From NCBI RefSeq assembly GCF_024502345.1, contig NZ_JALDNN010000001.1: a stretch of DNA of 64,000 nucleotides. The stretch is one strand, 5' to 3'. The notes beneath the pieces are model-generated. The model ran no database searches. It was not told where the DNA came from and saw nothing but the letters and a program-made list of their open reading frames with translations. The stretch's first letter is position 1. Every line of letters begins with the position of its first letter. This DNA comes from Escherichia coli. GTDB lineage: Bacteria; Pseudomonadota; Gammaproteobacteria; Enterobacterales; Enterobacteriaceae. Positions 11,001 through 22,909 of the stretch are shown one piece after another. A program made the position numbers and the translations under genes.

Positions 11001-14000
11001 TTAGTCAAACGGCGGTGGGGCCAGCACTTCACGATTACCGTTGTGCCCCTGTTCGCTGACAATCCCCTGCGCTTCCATCTGTTCGATAATACGCGCTGCA
11101 CGGTTATAACCAATGCGGAACTGACGCTGTACGCCAGAAATTGACGCTTTGCGTTTTTCAGTGACAAACTGCACCGCCTGATCGAACAACGGATCCAGTT
11201 CTTCAGCGCCATCGAAACCGCCCGCGCCACCTTCGCTTTCACTGTCGGAAGTGATGCCATCAACATACTGTGGGCGACCACGCGCTTTCCAGTCCTGCAC
11301 CACGGCATGAACTTCCTGATCGCGAACAAAAGCACCATGGACACGTACCGGCAACGTGGAGTTCGGCCCAGAGTAGAGCATATCCCCCATCCCCAGCAGT
11401 GATTCCGCGCCAGCCTGATCAAGAATGGTACGTGAGTCAATCTTACTGGATACGGTAAAGGCGATACGGGTCGGAATATTCGCTTTAATCAGACCAGTAA
11501 TAACATCAACCGATGGACGCTGAGTTGCCAGTACGAGGTGGATACCCGCGGCACGGGCTTTTTGCGCCAGACGTGCTATCAGCTCTTCCACTTTTTTACC
11601 TACCGTCATCATCAGGTCGGCAAATTCGTCAACCAACACCACAATGTATGGTTCTTTTTTCAGCACCGGATGCTGGGCATCCATACTGTCACCCGGCTTC
11701 CAGTACGGGTCTGGAATCGGACGCATCATGCGATCGGCTTCAGCAATTTTTTCGTTATAACCCGCCAGATTACGCACACCCAGCGCAGACATCAGTTTAT
11801 AACGACGCTCCATCTCGTTAACACACCAGCGCAGCGCGTTGGCGGCATCTTTCATATCAGTAACGACTTCCGTTAACAGATGCGGAATGCCTTCATAAAC
11901 CGAAAGCTCCAGCATTTTCGGGTCGATCATGATGAAACGCACATCTTCTGGCTGTGCTTTATAAAGCATGCTCAGGATCATCGCGTTCACACCGACAGAT
12001 TTACCGGAACCGGTAGTCCCCGCAACCAACAAGTGCGGCATTTTCGCCAGATCGGCAACCACCGGCTCACCGGCGATATCTTTACCCAGCACCACGGTTA
12101 ATGGCGACGGATTATCGCGGAATTTGGCGTTATCCAAAACTTCGCGCAGATAAACGGTTTGTCGTTTTTTATTTGGTAACTCCAGACCTACATAGGGTTT
12201 GCCAGGAATAACTTCAACGACACGCACCGCCACCGTCGAAAGTGAACGGGCAAGGTCCCGTGACAAGTTAGAAATGCGCGCCGCTTTTACGCCAGGAGCC
12301 AGGTTAAGTTCAAAGCGAGTGATAACCGGCCCCGGAGAGTAATTGACGACATCGGCTTTAATACGGAAATCAGCCAGACGCGCTTCCACCAGGCGAGCCA
12401 TTTGTTCAAGCGCAAAGGTATCTACCGGCTCCACTTCGCTCGGCGGCGGTGTCAGCAAATCCAGAGAAGGCAGCGGCGTCGTCGGTTTATGCAACGGACG
12501 GCTGTCGCCATTACGCATCAACAGCGGATGAAGCAGGGTATCCTGCGGCTGTGGCGCAACTGGCTGTTGTGGCTGCTGATACTGCGGCTGCGGCGCAACC
12601 GGTTGTTGCGGCTGTTGATACTGCGGCTGCGGCGCAACTGGTTGTTGCGGCTGCTGATACTGCGGCTGCGGCGCAACCGGCTGTTGCGGCTGCTGATATT
12701 GCTGCTGTGGCGCAACCGGCTGTTGTGGCTGTTGATATTGTGGCTGCGGCGCAACCTGCTGTTGTGGCTGCTGATACTGCGGCTGCGGCGCAACCTGCTG
12801 TTGTGGCTGCTGATACTGCGGCTGCGGCGCAACCGGCTGTTGCGGCTGCTGATATTGCTGCTGTGGCGCAACCGGCTGTTGTGGCTGCTGATACTGCTGC
12901 TGCGGTGCAACCGGTTGTTGCGGCTGCTGTACAGGTTCAACAATTGGCGTAAACAACGGTTCGTGTGGACCATCATCCAGCAACGCTTTCATTGGCGAAA
13001 ATTCAAAATCATCCAGCGAGAACGGATTCGCCCCAGCCGGTTGTTCGCCGGAATAACGTTGTTGTTGAGTTTGCGCAAACTGACGAGCCAGTTCAGCCTC
13101 TGCCGCAGCATCTGCATCTTCTGCGTTTACGGGCACATCATGTTGATACTGTTCGCCATAGCGTTGCTGCTGTGTCTGGGCGAACTGACGTGCCAGTTCA
13201 TCCTGCTGCATCGCATCGATTTCATCATCGTTATACTGATCGCCAGAATCATACTGATTGCGCTGGGCTTCACGGGCTTTCTCTTCCGCCGCACGCTGTG
13301 AGGGCAGCTTAATACCGTAAGACGCCAGTTCACGACGAGTTGGCACGCGGATACGTTTCGGTCGTGGCAACTGCGGGCCAATCCCCTCTTTGACTTGCGG
13401 ACGCGGTCCACCGCTATTTGCCAGACTGAAGACTGGCGCGGCAACGGTTGCGGCAGCCCCCGTCGCCAGTGTCGCTTTTTTCACGCCAGATGCCAGCGGA
13501 GAAACAGCGGCAGCGGCTTCTACTGGAGGTACTGCTGCAACAGAAGGCGCTTTCAACGAAGATTTGATCGGTTCTGGTTCTTTAACCGGTTCTGGAATCG
13601 GTTGATACCAGGCCGCAAGTTGTTCACGTTCACGGGCTCGCTTCTCTTCCACTTCTTCAAAATAGTAAAGCGGCGGACGCGCGGGTTTTGTCTCTTCTAC
13701 AACGGGTTCAGGCTCCACAACAGGCTGCTGTTCAACGGGTTGCGGCTGTTGGTACAACGGCTCCTGAGCGGCTGGCTGCTGATAAGTTTGCTCAGTCTGG
13801 TATGTAGACTGTGGAGCAAAAGTGGATTGCTGCTCTTCGGCTTGCCAGGCGTTACCTGCCACCGGTTGTTCTGGCGCAGGGGCATAATACGGCTGTTGCG
13901 CAGGCTGTTCCGGCGCAGTTGCATAATACGGTTGCTGAACAGGTTGTTCCGCCGCAGGAGCGTAGTAAGGTTGTTGCGCAGGTTGTTCAGCTGCAGGTGC

Positions 14001-15224
14001 ATAATACGGCTGCTGTGGCTGTACTGGTTGTTGCAGCGGCTCATTATATTGCACTGCAGGCTGCGCATATTGTGGCTGCTGTGGGTAACCTTCCGGTGCA
14101 GGAGCAATAACCGGCTCTCCCGTTTGTGGACCCGGTACAGGCTGCCAGGCTACTGTAGGTTGCGAAGGTGGAACATCAACAGAGGCAACAGGCGGCGTCT
14201 GAGTCACAGGTTCAACCGGCGCAGCCCAGCTTTGTGTCGCCGTGGTAGCAGCAGCTGCTACAGCGACAGGTTCGGTAATTGGCGCACCGTTTAATAATGG
14301 ATCGTATTCGTCATATTCTGGCTGCGTTGCACGATTGCCCGAAAATAGGACGTCGTCAGGGTCGGCAGCCACACCGCGTGCAGTGTAGGTAATCTCTTCG
14401 TCATCATCCATCCGCTTACCGGAGAACAACGCAGCGTCTGTTTGCCGCCCCATCGGATTAATGAATTTTTCCGCCAACCGTTTACGACGCGCTAGCGCGC
14501 CGCGAAGAATACGAGCACGGCGTGATTCATGCTGTTTGCCGTGGTTTTCATCTTCATACTCTTCGTCATCTTCATATTCATCTTCATCGACCCAGGTATC
14601 ATCGCGACGGGTACGATTACTGGCGAAGGTGAGAATGTTTAAAATCCAGCCGCCGAGTTTTTCAGCAATGGTCACCCATGACCAACCGGTGAACAGCGTC
14701 AGGCCCGCTGCCCAAACGCAGAGCAGCGCAATAGTTCCCCCGCTACTGTGTAGCAGTGGTTGTAGCGTAGTACTTAGTAAGCTGCCAATGACGCCACCGG
14801 AGGCAAAATACCAGATATCGTCAGCGTTGATTGCCGCCAGACCACAGGAGGTAAGGATGAGCGCCAAAACGCCAATGATGCGTAGCGAAACGGCAAAATA
14901 ATCAATGTATTCGTCGCTGGACTGATGACGCCAGGCAAACCAACAACCGCCGACAATAATGACGGGAATGGTGTAAGCCATCACGCCAAAAATAAAGAAC
15001 AGCGTATCTGCCAGCCACGCACCGGGCATCCCACCTAAATTATGGATAGGTTCATGCCAGGCCGTTTGCGACCAGCTGGGGTCCGAAGGGTTAAAGCTTA
15101 GTAAGGCAGCCATCAACCAGACGGCAAACAGGACAATAAGGATCAGCAACGCTTCCAGAAGGCGACGGCCGCTACTTAACTTTGTCAATGTGACTTCTTT
15201 GTCTTCAGTGTATTCCTGGCTCAA
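11001..15224 (-). CDS. ftsK: DNA translocase FtsK (linker-expanded, predicted 1407 aa)
   Basis: N-terminal membrane domain [31 protein letters not shown]...; C-terminal motor with Walker A GTTGSGKS; long PQ-rich linker with tandem repeats. Confidence 0.95.
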   Translation of the reverse strand: MSQEYTEDKEVTLTKLSSGRRLLEALLILIVLFAVWLMAALLSFNPSDPSWSQTAWHEPIHNLGGMPGAWLADTLFFIFGVMAYTIPVIIVGGCWFAWRHQSSDEYIDYFAVSLRIIGVLALILTSCGLAAINADDIWYFASGGVIGSLLSTTLQPLLHSSGGTIALLCVWAAGLTLFTGWSWVTIAEKLGGWILNILTFASNRTRRDDTWVDEDEYEDDEEYEDENHGKQHESRRARILRGALARRKRLAEKFINPMGRQTDAALFSGKRMDDDEEITYTARGVAADPDDVLFSGNRATQPEYDEYDPLLNGAPITEPVAVAAAATTATQSWAAPVEPVTQTPPVASVDVPPSQPTVAWQPVPGPQTGEPVIAPAPEGYPQQPQYAQPAVQYNEPLQQPVQPQQPYYAPAAEQPAQQPYYAPAAEQPVQQPYYATAPEQPAQQPYYAPAPEQPVAGNAWQAEEQQSTFAPQSTYQTEQTYQQPAAQEPLYQQPQPVEQQPVVEPEPVVEETKPARPPLYYFEEVEEKRAREREQLAAWYQPIPEPVKEPEPIKSSLKAPSVAAVPPVEAAAAVSPLASGVKKATLATGAAATVAAPVFSLANSGGPRPQVKEGIGPQLPRPKRIRVPTRRELASYGIKLPSQRAAEEKAREAQRNQYDSGDQYNDDEIDAMQQDELARQFAQTQQQRYGEQYQHDVPVNAEDADAAAEAELARQFAQTQQQRYSGEQPAGANPFSLDDFEFSPMKALLDDGPHEPLFTPIVEPVQQPQQPVAPQQQYQQPQQPVAPQQQYQQPQQPVAPQPQYQQPQQQVAPQPQYQQPQQQVAPQPQYQQPQQPVAPQQQYQQPQQPVAPQPQYQQPQQPVAPQPQYQQPQQPVAPQPQYQQPQQPVAPQPQDTLLHPLLMRNGDSRPLHKPTTPLPSLDLLTPPPSEVEPVDTFALEQMARLVEARLADFRIKADVVNYSPGPVITRFELNLAPGVKAARISNLSRDLARSLSTVAVRVVEVIPGKPYVGLELPNKKRQTVYLREVLDNAKFRDNPSPLTVVLGKDIAGEPVVADLAKMPHLLVAGTTGSGKSVGVNAMILSMLYKAQPEDVRFIMIDPKMLELSVYEGIPHLLTEVVTDMKDAANALRWCVNEMERRYKLMSALGVRNLAGYNEKIAEADRMMRPIPDPYWKPGDSMDAQHPVLKKEPYIVVLVDEFADLMMTVGKKVEELIARLAQKARAAGIHLVLATQRPSVDVITGLIKANIPTRIAFTVSSKIDSRTILDQAGAESLLGMGDMLYSGPNSTLPVRVHGAFVRDQEVHAVVQDWKARGRPQYVDGITSDSESEGGAGGFDGAEELDPLFDQAVQFVTEKRKASISGVQRQFRIGYNRAARIIEQMEAQGIVSEQGHNGNREVLAPPPFD
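12541..12930. repeat. 39-bp tandem repeat, ~10 copies, inside ftsK linker (encodes PQQPVAPQ[PQ]QYQQ units)
   Basis: Directly visible repeating unit ctgcggctgcggcgcaaccggctgttgcggctgctgata with minor variants. Confidence 0.9.
13860..14020. repeat. Second 39-bp tandem repeat block, ~4 copies, inside ftsK linker (encodes [13 protein letters not shown] units)
   Basis: Repeating ggcgcaggggcataatacggctgttgcgcaggctgttcc-like units; protein shows QQPYYAPA x4. Confidence 0.85.
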
Positions 15225-15358
15225 GAAAGGCTCTCCAGGTTACAGGCTTTTCCTGCCCGATGCTAAAACGGACAACAGTACCAGGTTACCCCAGTACTGT
15301 TGCTGTATGGATTAACAGGAGTGTAATCAAAATACGCCGATTTTGCACCTGTTCCGTG

Positions 15359-15853
15359 TTAGCGCGTCTTAATAACCAGACGATTACTCTGCTTGACTTC
15401 TTCCATAACAACGTATGTCCGTGTGTCATTGACGCCAGGCAGACGCAGCAGGGTTTCCCCCAGCAACTTACGGTAAGCTGACATATCCGGCACGCGTGTT
15501 TTCAACAGGTAGTCGAAATCACCAGATACTAAATGACACTCCTGAATTTCTTCAAGTTTTTGTACAGCGGTATTGAATTGTTCAAACACATCCGGTGCGC
15601 CACGATTCAGAGTAATCTCAACGAATACCAGAAGTGATGCATCCAGATAATGGGGGTTAAGCAGCGCCGTATAGCCCTGAATAAACCCTTGTCTTTCCAG
15701 CCGACGCACACGCTCAAGGCACGGCGTTGGGGAAAGTCCCACACGTTTAGAAAGCTCGACGTTAGAAATACGCCCATCCTTTTGCAACTCATTAAGAATG
15801 TTACGATCGATACGGTCGAGATCTTTGCCAGGGCGCTTCTTGCTATCTACCAT
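15359..15853 (-). CDS. lrp: Leucine-responsive regulatory protein Lrp
   Basis: ORF 15359..15907 trimmed to MVDSKKRPGKDLDRIDRNILNELQKDGRISN... (164 aa); AsnC/Lrp family. Confidence 0.95.
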   Translation of the reverse strand: MVDSKKRPGKDLDRIDRNILNELQKDGRISNVELSKRVGLSPTPCLERVRRLERQGFIQGYTALLNPHYLDASLLVFVEITLNRGAPDVFEQFNTAVQKLEEIQECHLVSGDFDYLLKTRVPDMSAYRKLLGETLLRLPGVNDTRTYVVMEEVKQSNRLVIKTR

Positions 15854-16301
15854 TATTATTGTCTCTCTGTATTCCTTCCCTACTCCTGTCTGACCCTGAA
15901 ACATCACTGTTCAGAGTCGCTACCCGTCACGATAGACCGAAATCATGAAGATTCACGGCGCGCAATGCCTGGGTCTACGGTGAGAAGACCGTTGCCTTGT
16001 GGCAGCTATCGACATCACGAATGGCGTCTGTCCACGCCATACGTAGATTTCACTAGCACGGTAAACATGGTATTTACATGCATGGTTATGCGCATATAAG
16101 AATACTGTTTTTTTTCTTCCTCGAATGTTTTCGCAAAACACCAGGGGATTGTCAAAGCAAAACATCGATTTTTAGTACAACATGCCAGATATTCATTAAC
16201 AGGGGCGTTTATTCATCATTTAATCGGCTTATAAAGCGGGAAATTTAAGTAGCAGAGGTGATAATGACGGGAGAATTTGACCTGCTTATCGATGCTGCTG
16301 A

Positions 16302-17363
<1,062 letters not shown>

Positions 17364-17391
17364 TTTTACAAATCAGTAACAAAAGTAAAGA

Positions 17392-17430
17392 AGGCGACAC
17401 CATGCGACTATGGGTCGCCTTTATTTTTTC
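17392..17430 (+). terminator. Rho-independent terminator downstream of trxB
   Basis: aggcgac...gtcgcct hairpin followed by ttattttttcc. Confidence 0.65.
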
Positions 17431-17485
17431 CCCGTTGTAACATTGCTCTGCAAATAATTCTGATAACTCACCTGCTAAGCGTGCA

Positions 17486-19252
17486 ATGAATAAATCTCGT
17501 CAAAAAGAGTTAACCCGCTGGTTAAAACAGCAAAGCGTCATCTCCCAACGTTGGCTGAATATTTCTCGTCTGCTGGGCTTTGTAAGCGGCATATTGATCA
17601 TTGCCCAGGCCTGGTTCATGGCGCGAATTCTGCAACATATGATTATGGAGAATATTCCCCGTGAAGCCCTGCTGCTTCCCTTTACGTTACTGGTTCTGAC
17701 CTTTGTACTGCGAGCATGGGTGGTCTGGTTACGCGAACGGGTGGGTTATCACGCCGGGCAGCATATCCGCTTTGCCATCCGCCGTCAGGTTCTCGACCGT
17801 CTGCAACAAGCAGGGCCAGCGTGGATTCAGGGTAAACCTGCGGGGAGCTGGGCGACGCTGGTACTCGAGCAAATTGACGATATGCATGATTACTATGCAC
17901 GCTACCTGCCGCAAATGGCGCTGGCAGTGTCGGTGCCGTTGCTGATTGTGGTGGCGATCTTCCCCTCTAACTGGGCTGCGGCGCTCATTCTGCTGGGCAC
18001 TGCACCGTTAATTCCGTTGTTTATGGCGCTGGTTGGGATGGGGGCTGCCGATGCTAACCGACGTAACTTTCTCGCTCTTGCTCGCTTAAGTGGGCATTTC
18101 CTCGATCGCCTGCGCGGCATGGAAACATTGCGTATTTTTGGTCGTGGTGAAGCTGAAATTGAAAGTATTCGTTCTGCTTCGGAAGATTTCCGCCAACGGA
18201 CAATGGAAGTGCTACGACTGGCGTTTTTATCCTCCGGCATTCTCGAATTTTTTACCTCGCTGTCAATTGCTCTGGTGGCGGTCTACTTTGGTTTTTCCTA
18301 TCTCGGCGAGCTGGATTTTGGTCACTACGATACTGGCGTGACGCTGTCTGCGGGTTTTCTGGCCCTGATCCTTGCGCCAGAGTTTTTCCAGCCATTACGC
18401 GATCTCGGTACGTTTTATCATGCTAAAGCCCAGGCTGTTGGTGCAGCTGACAGTCTGAAAACGTTTATGGAAACCCCGCTCGCCCATCCGCAGCGCGGTG
18501 AGACGGAATTAGCATCGACCGATCCGCTGACCATTGAGGCCGAGGATCTGTTTATCACGTCGCCGGAAGGTAAAACGCTGGCCGGACCGCTGAACTTTAC
18601 TTTGCCAGCAGGCCAACGTGCAGTGTTGGTTGGTCGCAGCGGTTCAGGTAAAAGCTCACTGCTGAACGCGCTTTCTGGTTTTCTCTCATATCAGGGATCA
18701 TTACGAATCAACGGGATAGAATTACGCGATTTATCACCAGAATCATGGCGTAAACATCTCTCCTGGGTTGGGCAAAACCCACAATTACCGGCAGCAACAT
18801 TGCGGGATAACGTACTACTGGCGCGACCTGATGCCAGCGAACAAGAACTACAAGCAGCGCTGGATAACGCCTGGGTCAGCGAGTTTCTACCGCTCCTGCC
18901 ACAAGGCGTTGATACGCCTGTTGGCGACCAGGCTGCCCGCCTTTCCGTGGGGCAGGCGCAGCGCGTAGCGGTGGCCCGTGCGTTACTAAATCCCTGTTCG
19001 CTATTACTGTTGGATGAACCCGCTGCCAGCCTTGATGCTCACAGTGAACAGCGCGTAATGGAGGCGCTGAATGCCGCCTCTCTGCGCCAGACAACGTTAA
19101 TGGTCACCCACCAGTTAGAAGATCTTGCTGACTGGGATGTCATTTGGGTTATGCAGGATGGCCGGATTATTGAGCAAGGACGTTACGCGGAATTAAGTGT
19201 GGCTGGTGGCCCATTCGCCACATTACTGGCCCATCGTCAGGAGGAGATTTAA
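17486..19252 (+). CDS. cydD: ABC transporter CydD (ATP-binding/permease; cytochrome bd assembly, thiol export)
   Basis: 588 aa; N-terminal TM domain plus C-terminal ABC ATPase (GRSGSGKSS, LSVGQAQR). Confidence 0.95.
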   Translation: MNKSRQKELTRWLKQQSVISQRWLNISRLLGFVSGILIIAQAWFMARILQHMIMENIPREALLLPFTLLVLTFVLRAWVVWLRERVGYHAGQHIRFAIRRQVLDRLQQAGPAWIQGKPAGSWATLVLEQIDDMHDYYARYLPQMALAVSVPLLIVVAIFPSNWAAALILLGTAPLIPLFMALVGMGAADANRRNFLALARLSGHFLDRLRGMETLRIFGRGEAEIESIRSASEDFRQRTMEVLRLAFLSSGILEFFTSLSIALVAVYFGFSYLGELDFGHYDTGVTLSAGFLALILAPEFFQPLRDLGTFYHAKAQAVGAADSLKTFMETPLAHPQRGETELASTDPLTIEAEDLFITSPEGKTLAGPLNFTLPAGQRAVLVGRSGSGKSSLLNALSGFLSYQGSLRINGIELRDLSPESWRKHLSWVGQNPQLPAATLRDNVLLARPDASEQELQAALDNAWVSEFLPLLPQGVDTPVGDQAARLSVGQAQRVAVARALLNPCSLLLLDEPAASLDAHSEQRVMEALNAASLRQTTLMVTHQLEDLADWDVIWVMQDGRIIEQGRYAELSVAGGPFATLLAHRQEEI

Positions 19253-20974
19253 ATGCGCGCTTTGCTACCCTATCTGGCACTGTATAAACGTCATAAATGG
19301 ATGTTAAGTCTTGGTATTGTGCTGGCAATTGTGACGCTGCTCGCCAGTATCGGTCTGTTGACACTTTCCGGCTGGTTCCTCTCGGCCTCAGCGGTTGCGG
19401 GGGTTGCCGGACTGTACAGCTTCAACTATATGCTACCCGCTGCGGGCGTGCGTGGTGCAGCAATCACCCGTACTGCCGGGCGTTATTTTGAACGTCTGGT
19501 AAGTCACGACGCGACTTTCCGCGTGTTGCAGCATCTGCGCATTTACACCTTCAGCAAATTGTTGCCCCTCTCCCCTGCCGGACTGGCGCGCTATCGTCAG
19601 GGCGAATTGCTCAACCGCGTGGTGGCGGATGTTGATACGCTCGATCATCTTTACCTGCGCGTTATCTCGCCGCTGGTGGGCGCTTTTGTGGTGATTATGG
19701 TGGTGACAGTCGGGTTAAGTTTCCTTGATTTCACCCTCGCCTTTACGCTGGGCGGCATTATGTTACTGACGCTTTTCCTGATGCCACCGCTGTTTTATCG
19801 TGCGGGAAAAAGCACCGGGCAAAATCTGACTCATCTTCGCGGACAGTATCGCCAACAACTGACGGCCTGGCTGCAAGGGCAAGCTGAGCTGACCATTTTT
19901 GGTGCCAGCGATCGTTATCGCACGCAACTAGAGAATACAGAAATTCAATGGCTGGAAGCGCAACGCCGTCAATCTGAACTGACCGCATTGTCGCAAGCGA
20001 TAATGCTGCTCATTGGCGCGTTAGCGGTGATCCTGATGCTGTGGATGGCGTCTGGCGGCGTTGGCGGCAATGCTCAACCCGGCGCGTTAATTGCCCTGTT
20101 TGTCTTTTGCGCGTTAGCCGCGTTTGAAGCACTGGCACCAGTAACGGGTGCATTTCAGCATCTGGGGCAAGTCATTGCCTCTGCCGTTCGGATCACTGAT
20201 TTAACGGATCAAAAACCGGAGGTCACCTTCCCTGATACCCAAACTCGTGTTGCCGATCGCGTTTCGCTGACATTACGGGATGTTCAGTTCACTTATCCGG
20301 AGCAATCCCAACAGGCACTTAAAGGGATTTCTCTTCAGGTAAACGCCGGGGAACATATTGCGATTCTCGGGCGAACCGGATGCGGCAAATCAACACTGTT
20401 ACAACTGCTGACCCGCGCTTGGGACCCGCAACAGGGCGAGATTTTGCTTAACGATAGCCCCATAGCCAGCCTGAATGAAGCGGCTCTACGACAGACCATC
20501 AGCGTTGTTCCTCAGCGAGTGCATCTGTTTAGCGCCACGCTGCGTGATAATCTGTTACTCGCCTCGCCTGGCAGTAGTGATGAGGCTCTGTCGGAGATCT
20601 TGCGTCGCGTTGGTCTGGAGAAGCTGCTCGAGGATGCAGGTCTCAACAGTTGGTTAGGTGAAGGCGGACGCCAGCTCTCCGGTGGTGAACTGCGCCGTCT
20701 GGCTATCGCCCGTGCGCTGTTACATGATGCGCCACTGGTGTTGCTGGATGAACCTACCGAAGGCTTAGATGCCACAACCGAAAGCCAGATCCTTGAATTG
20801 CTTGCAGAAATGATGCGTGAGAAAACGGTGTTAATGGTCACCCATCGACTTCGCGGACTCTCTCGTTTCCAACAAATAATAGTGATGGACAACGGGCAAA
20901 TTATTGAGCAAGGTACTCACGCAGAACTGCTTGCCAGACAGGGGCGTTATTACCAGTTCAAGCAGGGTTTGTAA
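19253..20974 (+). CDS. cydC: ABC transporter CydC (ATP-binding/permease)
   Basis: 573 aa; ABC motifs GRTGCGKST, LSGGELRR; start ATG overlaps cydD stop (taaatg). Confidence 0.95.
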   Translation: MRALLPYLALYKRHKWMLSLGIVLAIVTLLASIGLLTLSGWFLSASAVAGVAGLYSFNYMLPAAGVRGAAITRTAGRYFERLVSHDATFRVLQHLRIYTFSKLLPLSPAGLARYRQGELLNRVVADVDTLDHLYLRVISPLVGAFVVIMVVTVGLSFLDFTLAFTLGGIMLLTLFLMPPLFYRAGKSTGQNLTHLRGQYRQQLTAWLQGQAELTIFGASDRYRTQLENTEIQWLEAQRRQSELTALSQAIMLLIGALAVILMLWMASGGVGGNAQPGALIALFVFCALAAFEALAPVTGAFQHLGQVIASAVRITDLTDQKPEVTFPDTQTRVADRVSLTLRDVQFTYPEQSQQALKGISLQVNAGEHIAILGRTGCGKSTLLQLLTRAWDPQQGEILLNDSPIASLNEAALRQTISVVPQRVHLFSATLRDNLLLASPGSSDEALSEILRRVGLEKLLEDAGLNSWLGEGGRQLSGGELRRLAIARALLHDAPLVLLDEPTEGLDATTESQILELLAEMMREKTVLMVTHRLRGLSRFQQIIVMDNGQIIEQGTHAELLARQGRYYQFKQGL

Positions 20975-21015
20975 GCTATTATTGAACGATCCGACTTGCG
21001 TGGAGTTTTGCGGTC

Positions 21016-21720
21016 ATGCGCCTGGTTCAGCTTTCTCGCCATTCAATAGCCTTCCCTTCCCCGGAAGGCGCATTACGTGAGCCTAACGGCCTGCTGGCAC
21101 TTGGGGGCGATCTTAGCCCTGCGCGCCTGTTAATGGCTTACCAGCGTGGTATTTTTCCGTGGTTTTCTCCAGGCGACCCCATCCTCTGGTGGTCGCCCGA
21201 TCCCCGCGCGGTGCTATGGCCAGAATCACTGCATATCAGCCGTAGTATGAAGCGATTTCATAAACGCTCGCCCTATCGTGTCACGATGAATTACGCTTTT
21301 GGTCAGGTCATTGAAGGCTGTGCCAGCGATCGCGAAGAAGGAACCTGGATCACGCGTGGCGTGGTCGAAGCCTACCATCGCCTTCACGAACTCGGTCATG
21401 CCCACTCCATTGAAGTCTGGCGTGAAGATGAGCTTGTCGGCGGTATGTACGGCGTGGCCCAGGGAACGCTATTTTGTGGCGAGTCCATGTTCAGCCGGAT
21501 GGAAAATGCGTCTAAAACGGCGCTTCTGGTATTCTGTGAGGAATTTATCGGTCATGGCGGTAAGCTTATCGACTGCCAGGTCCTTAACGATCACACAGCA
21601 TCGCTTGGTGCCTGCGAAATTCCCCGCCGGGATTACCTTAATTATCTCAATCAAATGCGCCTCGGACGATTGCCGATTAATTTCTGGGTACCACGATGCT
21701 TGTTTTCACCACAAGAATGA
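21016..21720 (+). CDS. aat: Leucyl/phenylalanyl-tRNA--protein transferase
   Basis: 234 aa, [35 protein letters not shown]...; K-12 synteny. Confidence 0.93.
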   Translation: MRLVQLSRHSIAFPSPEGALREPNGLLALGGDLSPARLLMAYQRGIFPWFSPGDPILWWSPDPRAVLWPESLHISRSMKRFHKRSPYRVTMNYAFGQVIEGCASDREEGTWITRGVVEAYHRLHELGHAHSIEVWREDELVGGMYGVAQGTLFCGESMFSRMENASKTALLVFCEEFIGHGGKLIDCQVLNDHTASLGACEIPRRDYLNYLNQMRLGRLPINFWVPRCLFSPQE

Positions 21721-22001
21721 ATGTTTTCGGCACATTTCTCCCCAGAGTGTTATAATTGCGGTCGCAGAGTTGGTTACGCTCATTACCCCGCTGCCGATAA
21801 GGAATTTTTCGCGTCAGGTAACGCCCATCGTTTATCTCACCGCTCCCTTATACGTTGCGCTTTTGGTGCGGCTTAGCCGTGTGTTTTCGGAGTAATGTGC
21901 CGAACCTGTTTGTTGCGATTTAGCGCGCAAATCTTTACTTATTTACAGAACTTCGGCATTATCTTGCCGGTTCAAATTACGGTAGTGATACCCCAGAGGA
22001 T

Positions 22002-22223
<222 letters not shown>

Positions 22224-22264
22224 TTGTTTTACCGCCTGATGGGCGAAGAGAAAGAACGAGTAAA

Positions 22265-22292
22265 AGGTCGGTTTAACCGGCCTTTTTATTTT
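22265..22292 (+). terminator. Rho-independent terminator downstream of infA
   Basis: aaggtcgg-ttta-accggcctt hairpin (one G.U pair) followed by tttattttg. Confidence 0.6.
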
Positions 22293-22476
22293 GTGATATG
22301 TATGAAGTACTTTGGAAGTATAAGTCCATAACTTGTCTCGATGTAGATATACTGCACAACTTGTTTACAGTATGAGCAAACAATAATTATCATTAAAATT
22401 CTTCTTGACCGTTTTACTCCAACTCCCTATAGTAGCGCCCCGTTGCCACCCATGAGGTTTGGCAGCAAAACAATTT

Positions 22477-22564
22477 GGTGAGGTGTCCGAGTGGCTGAAG
22501 GAGCACGCCTGGAAAGTGTGTATACGGCAACGTATCGGGGGTTCGAATCCCCCCCTCACCGCCA
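22477..22564 (+). tRNA. serW: tRNA-Ser (anticodon GGA), class II tRNA with long variable arm
   Basis: GGTGAGGTGTCCGAGTGGCTGAAGGAGCACGCCTGGAAAGTGTG...GGTTCGAATCCCCCCCTCACCGCCA: acceptor stem pairs with the 3' end, GGA anticodon in loop, GGTTCGAATCC T-arm, 3' CCA. Confidence 0.95.
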
Positions 22565-22576
22565 TATTTAAAGAAG

Positions 22577-22605
22577 AGCTCGTACGAAAGTACGGGCTTT
22601 TTTTT
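22577..22605 (+). terminator. Rho-independent terminator downstream of serW
   Basis: agctcgtac-gaaa-gtacgggct hairpin followed by T8. Confidence 0.75.
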
Positions 22606-22615
22606 CGCATTTTAT

Positions 22616-22695
22616 CTGCCTGTACGGCAGTGAACATGGTGGGCGGGTGGAGTATGTTACCAGTGAATTTCTAAGCTGCCTGTACGGCAGTGAAC
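22616..22695. repeat. Two perfect 20-bp direct copies of a palindrome-containing motif (ctgcctgtacggcagtgaac), 60 bp apart
   Basis: Exact copies at 22616-22635 and 22676-22695; each contains the inverted repeat ctgcc-tgtac-ggcag. Confidence 0.85.
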
Positions 22696-22844
22696 TCAAA
22701 TACTACACGTTTAGCCCGTTGTTAATAAAGCAAAACCATCTCATTTTCCTGCTGTCACCCTTTTTTATCCTTACCTTTTCCAGCAGCACTAATTATCAAC
22801 AACTTACCTTCACCTCCAAAAATAGGGTTTTCACCGTTCCACCC

Positions 22845-22886
22845 CATAAATAAAAAGTCCGTAACCTCTTTCGAGATTACGGACTT
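22845..22886 (-). terminator. Rho-independent terminator downstream of clpA
   Basis: agtccgtaa...ttacggact hairpin; minus strand has a T-run after the stem. Confidence 0.7.
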
Positions 22887-22909
22887 CACCAACCTACCTG
22901 ACAATCAGA

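Noticed and set aside
12541-12930. Possible CRISPR array suggested by regular short repeats
   Set aside because: The repeats are contiguous 39-bp tandem units with no spacers, in-frame within ftsK; no cas genes or leader. Not CRISPR.
12402-13301. Long ORFs (299, 167, 152 aa) overlapping the ftsK linker on both strands, with Leu/Arg- or Ala-rich low-complexity translations
   Set aside because: Artefacts of the 39-bp tandem repeat, which keeps alternative frames open; they lie entirely within the well-supported ftsK CDS.
13395-14294. 299-aa plus-strand ORF antisense to ftsK
   Set aside because: Low-complexity R/L-rich translation inside the ftsK repeat-rich linker; no start context; antisense artefact.
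22565-22909. Genomic island or prophage integrated at the serW 3' end
   Set aside because: Only 345 bp separate serW from the convergent clpA; no integrase or foreign genes. At most a scar (the duplicated 20-mer) remains.
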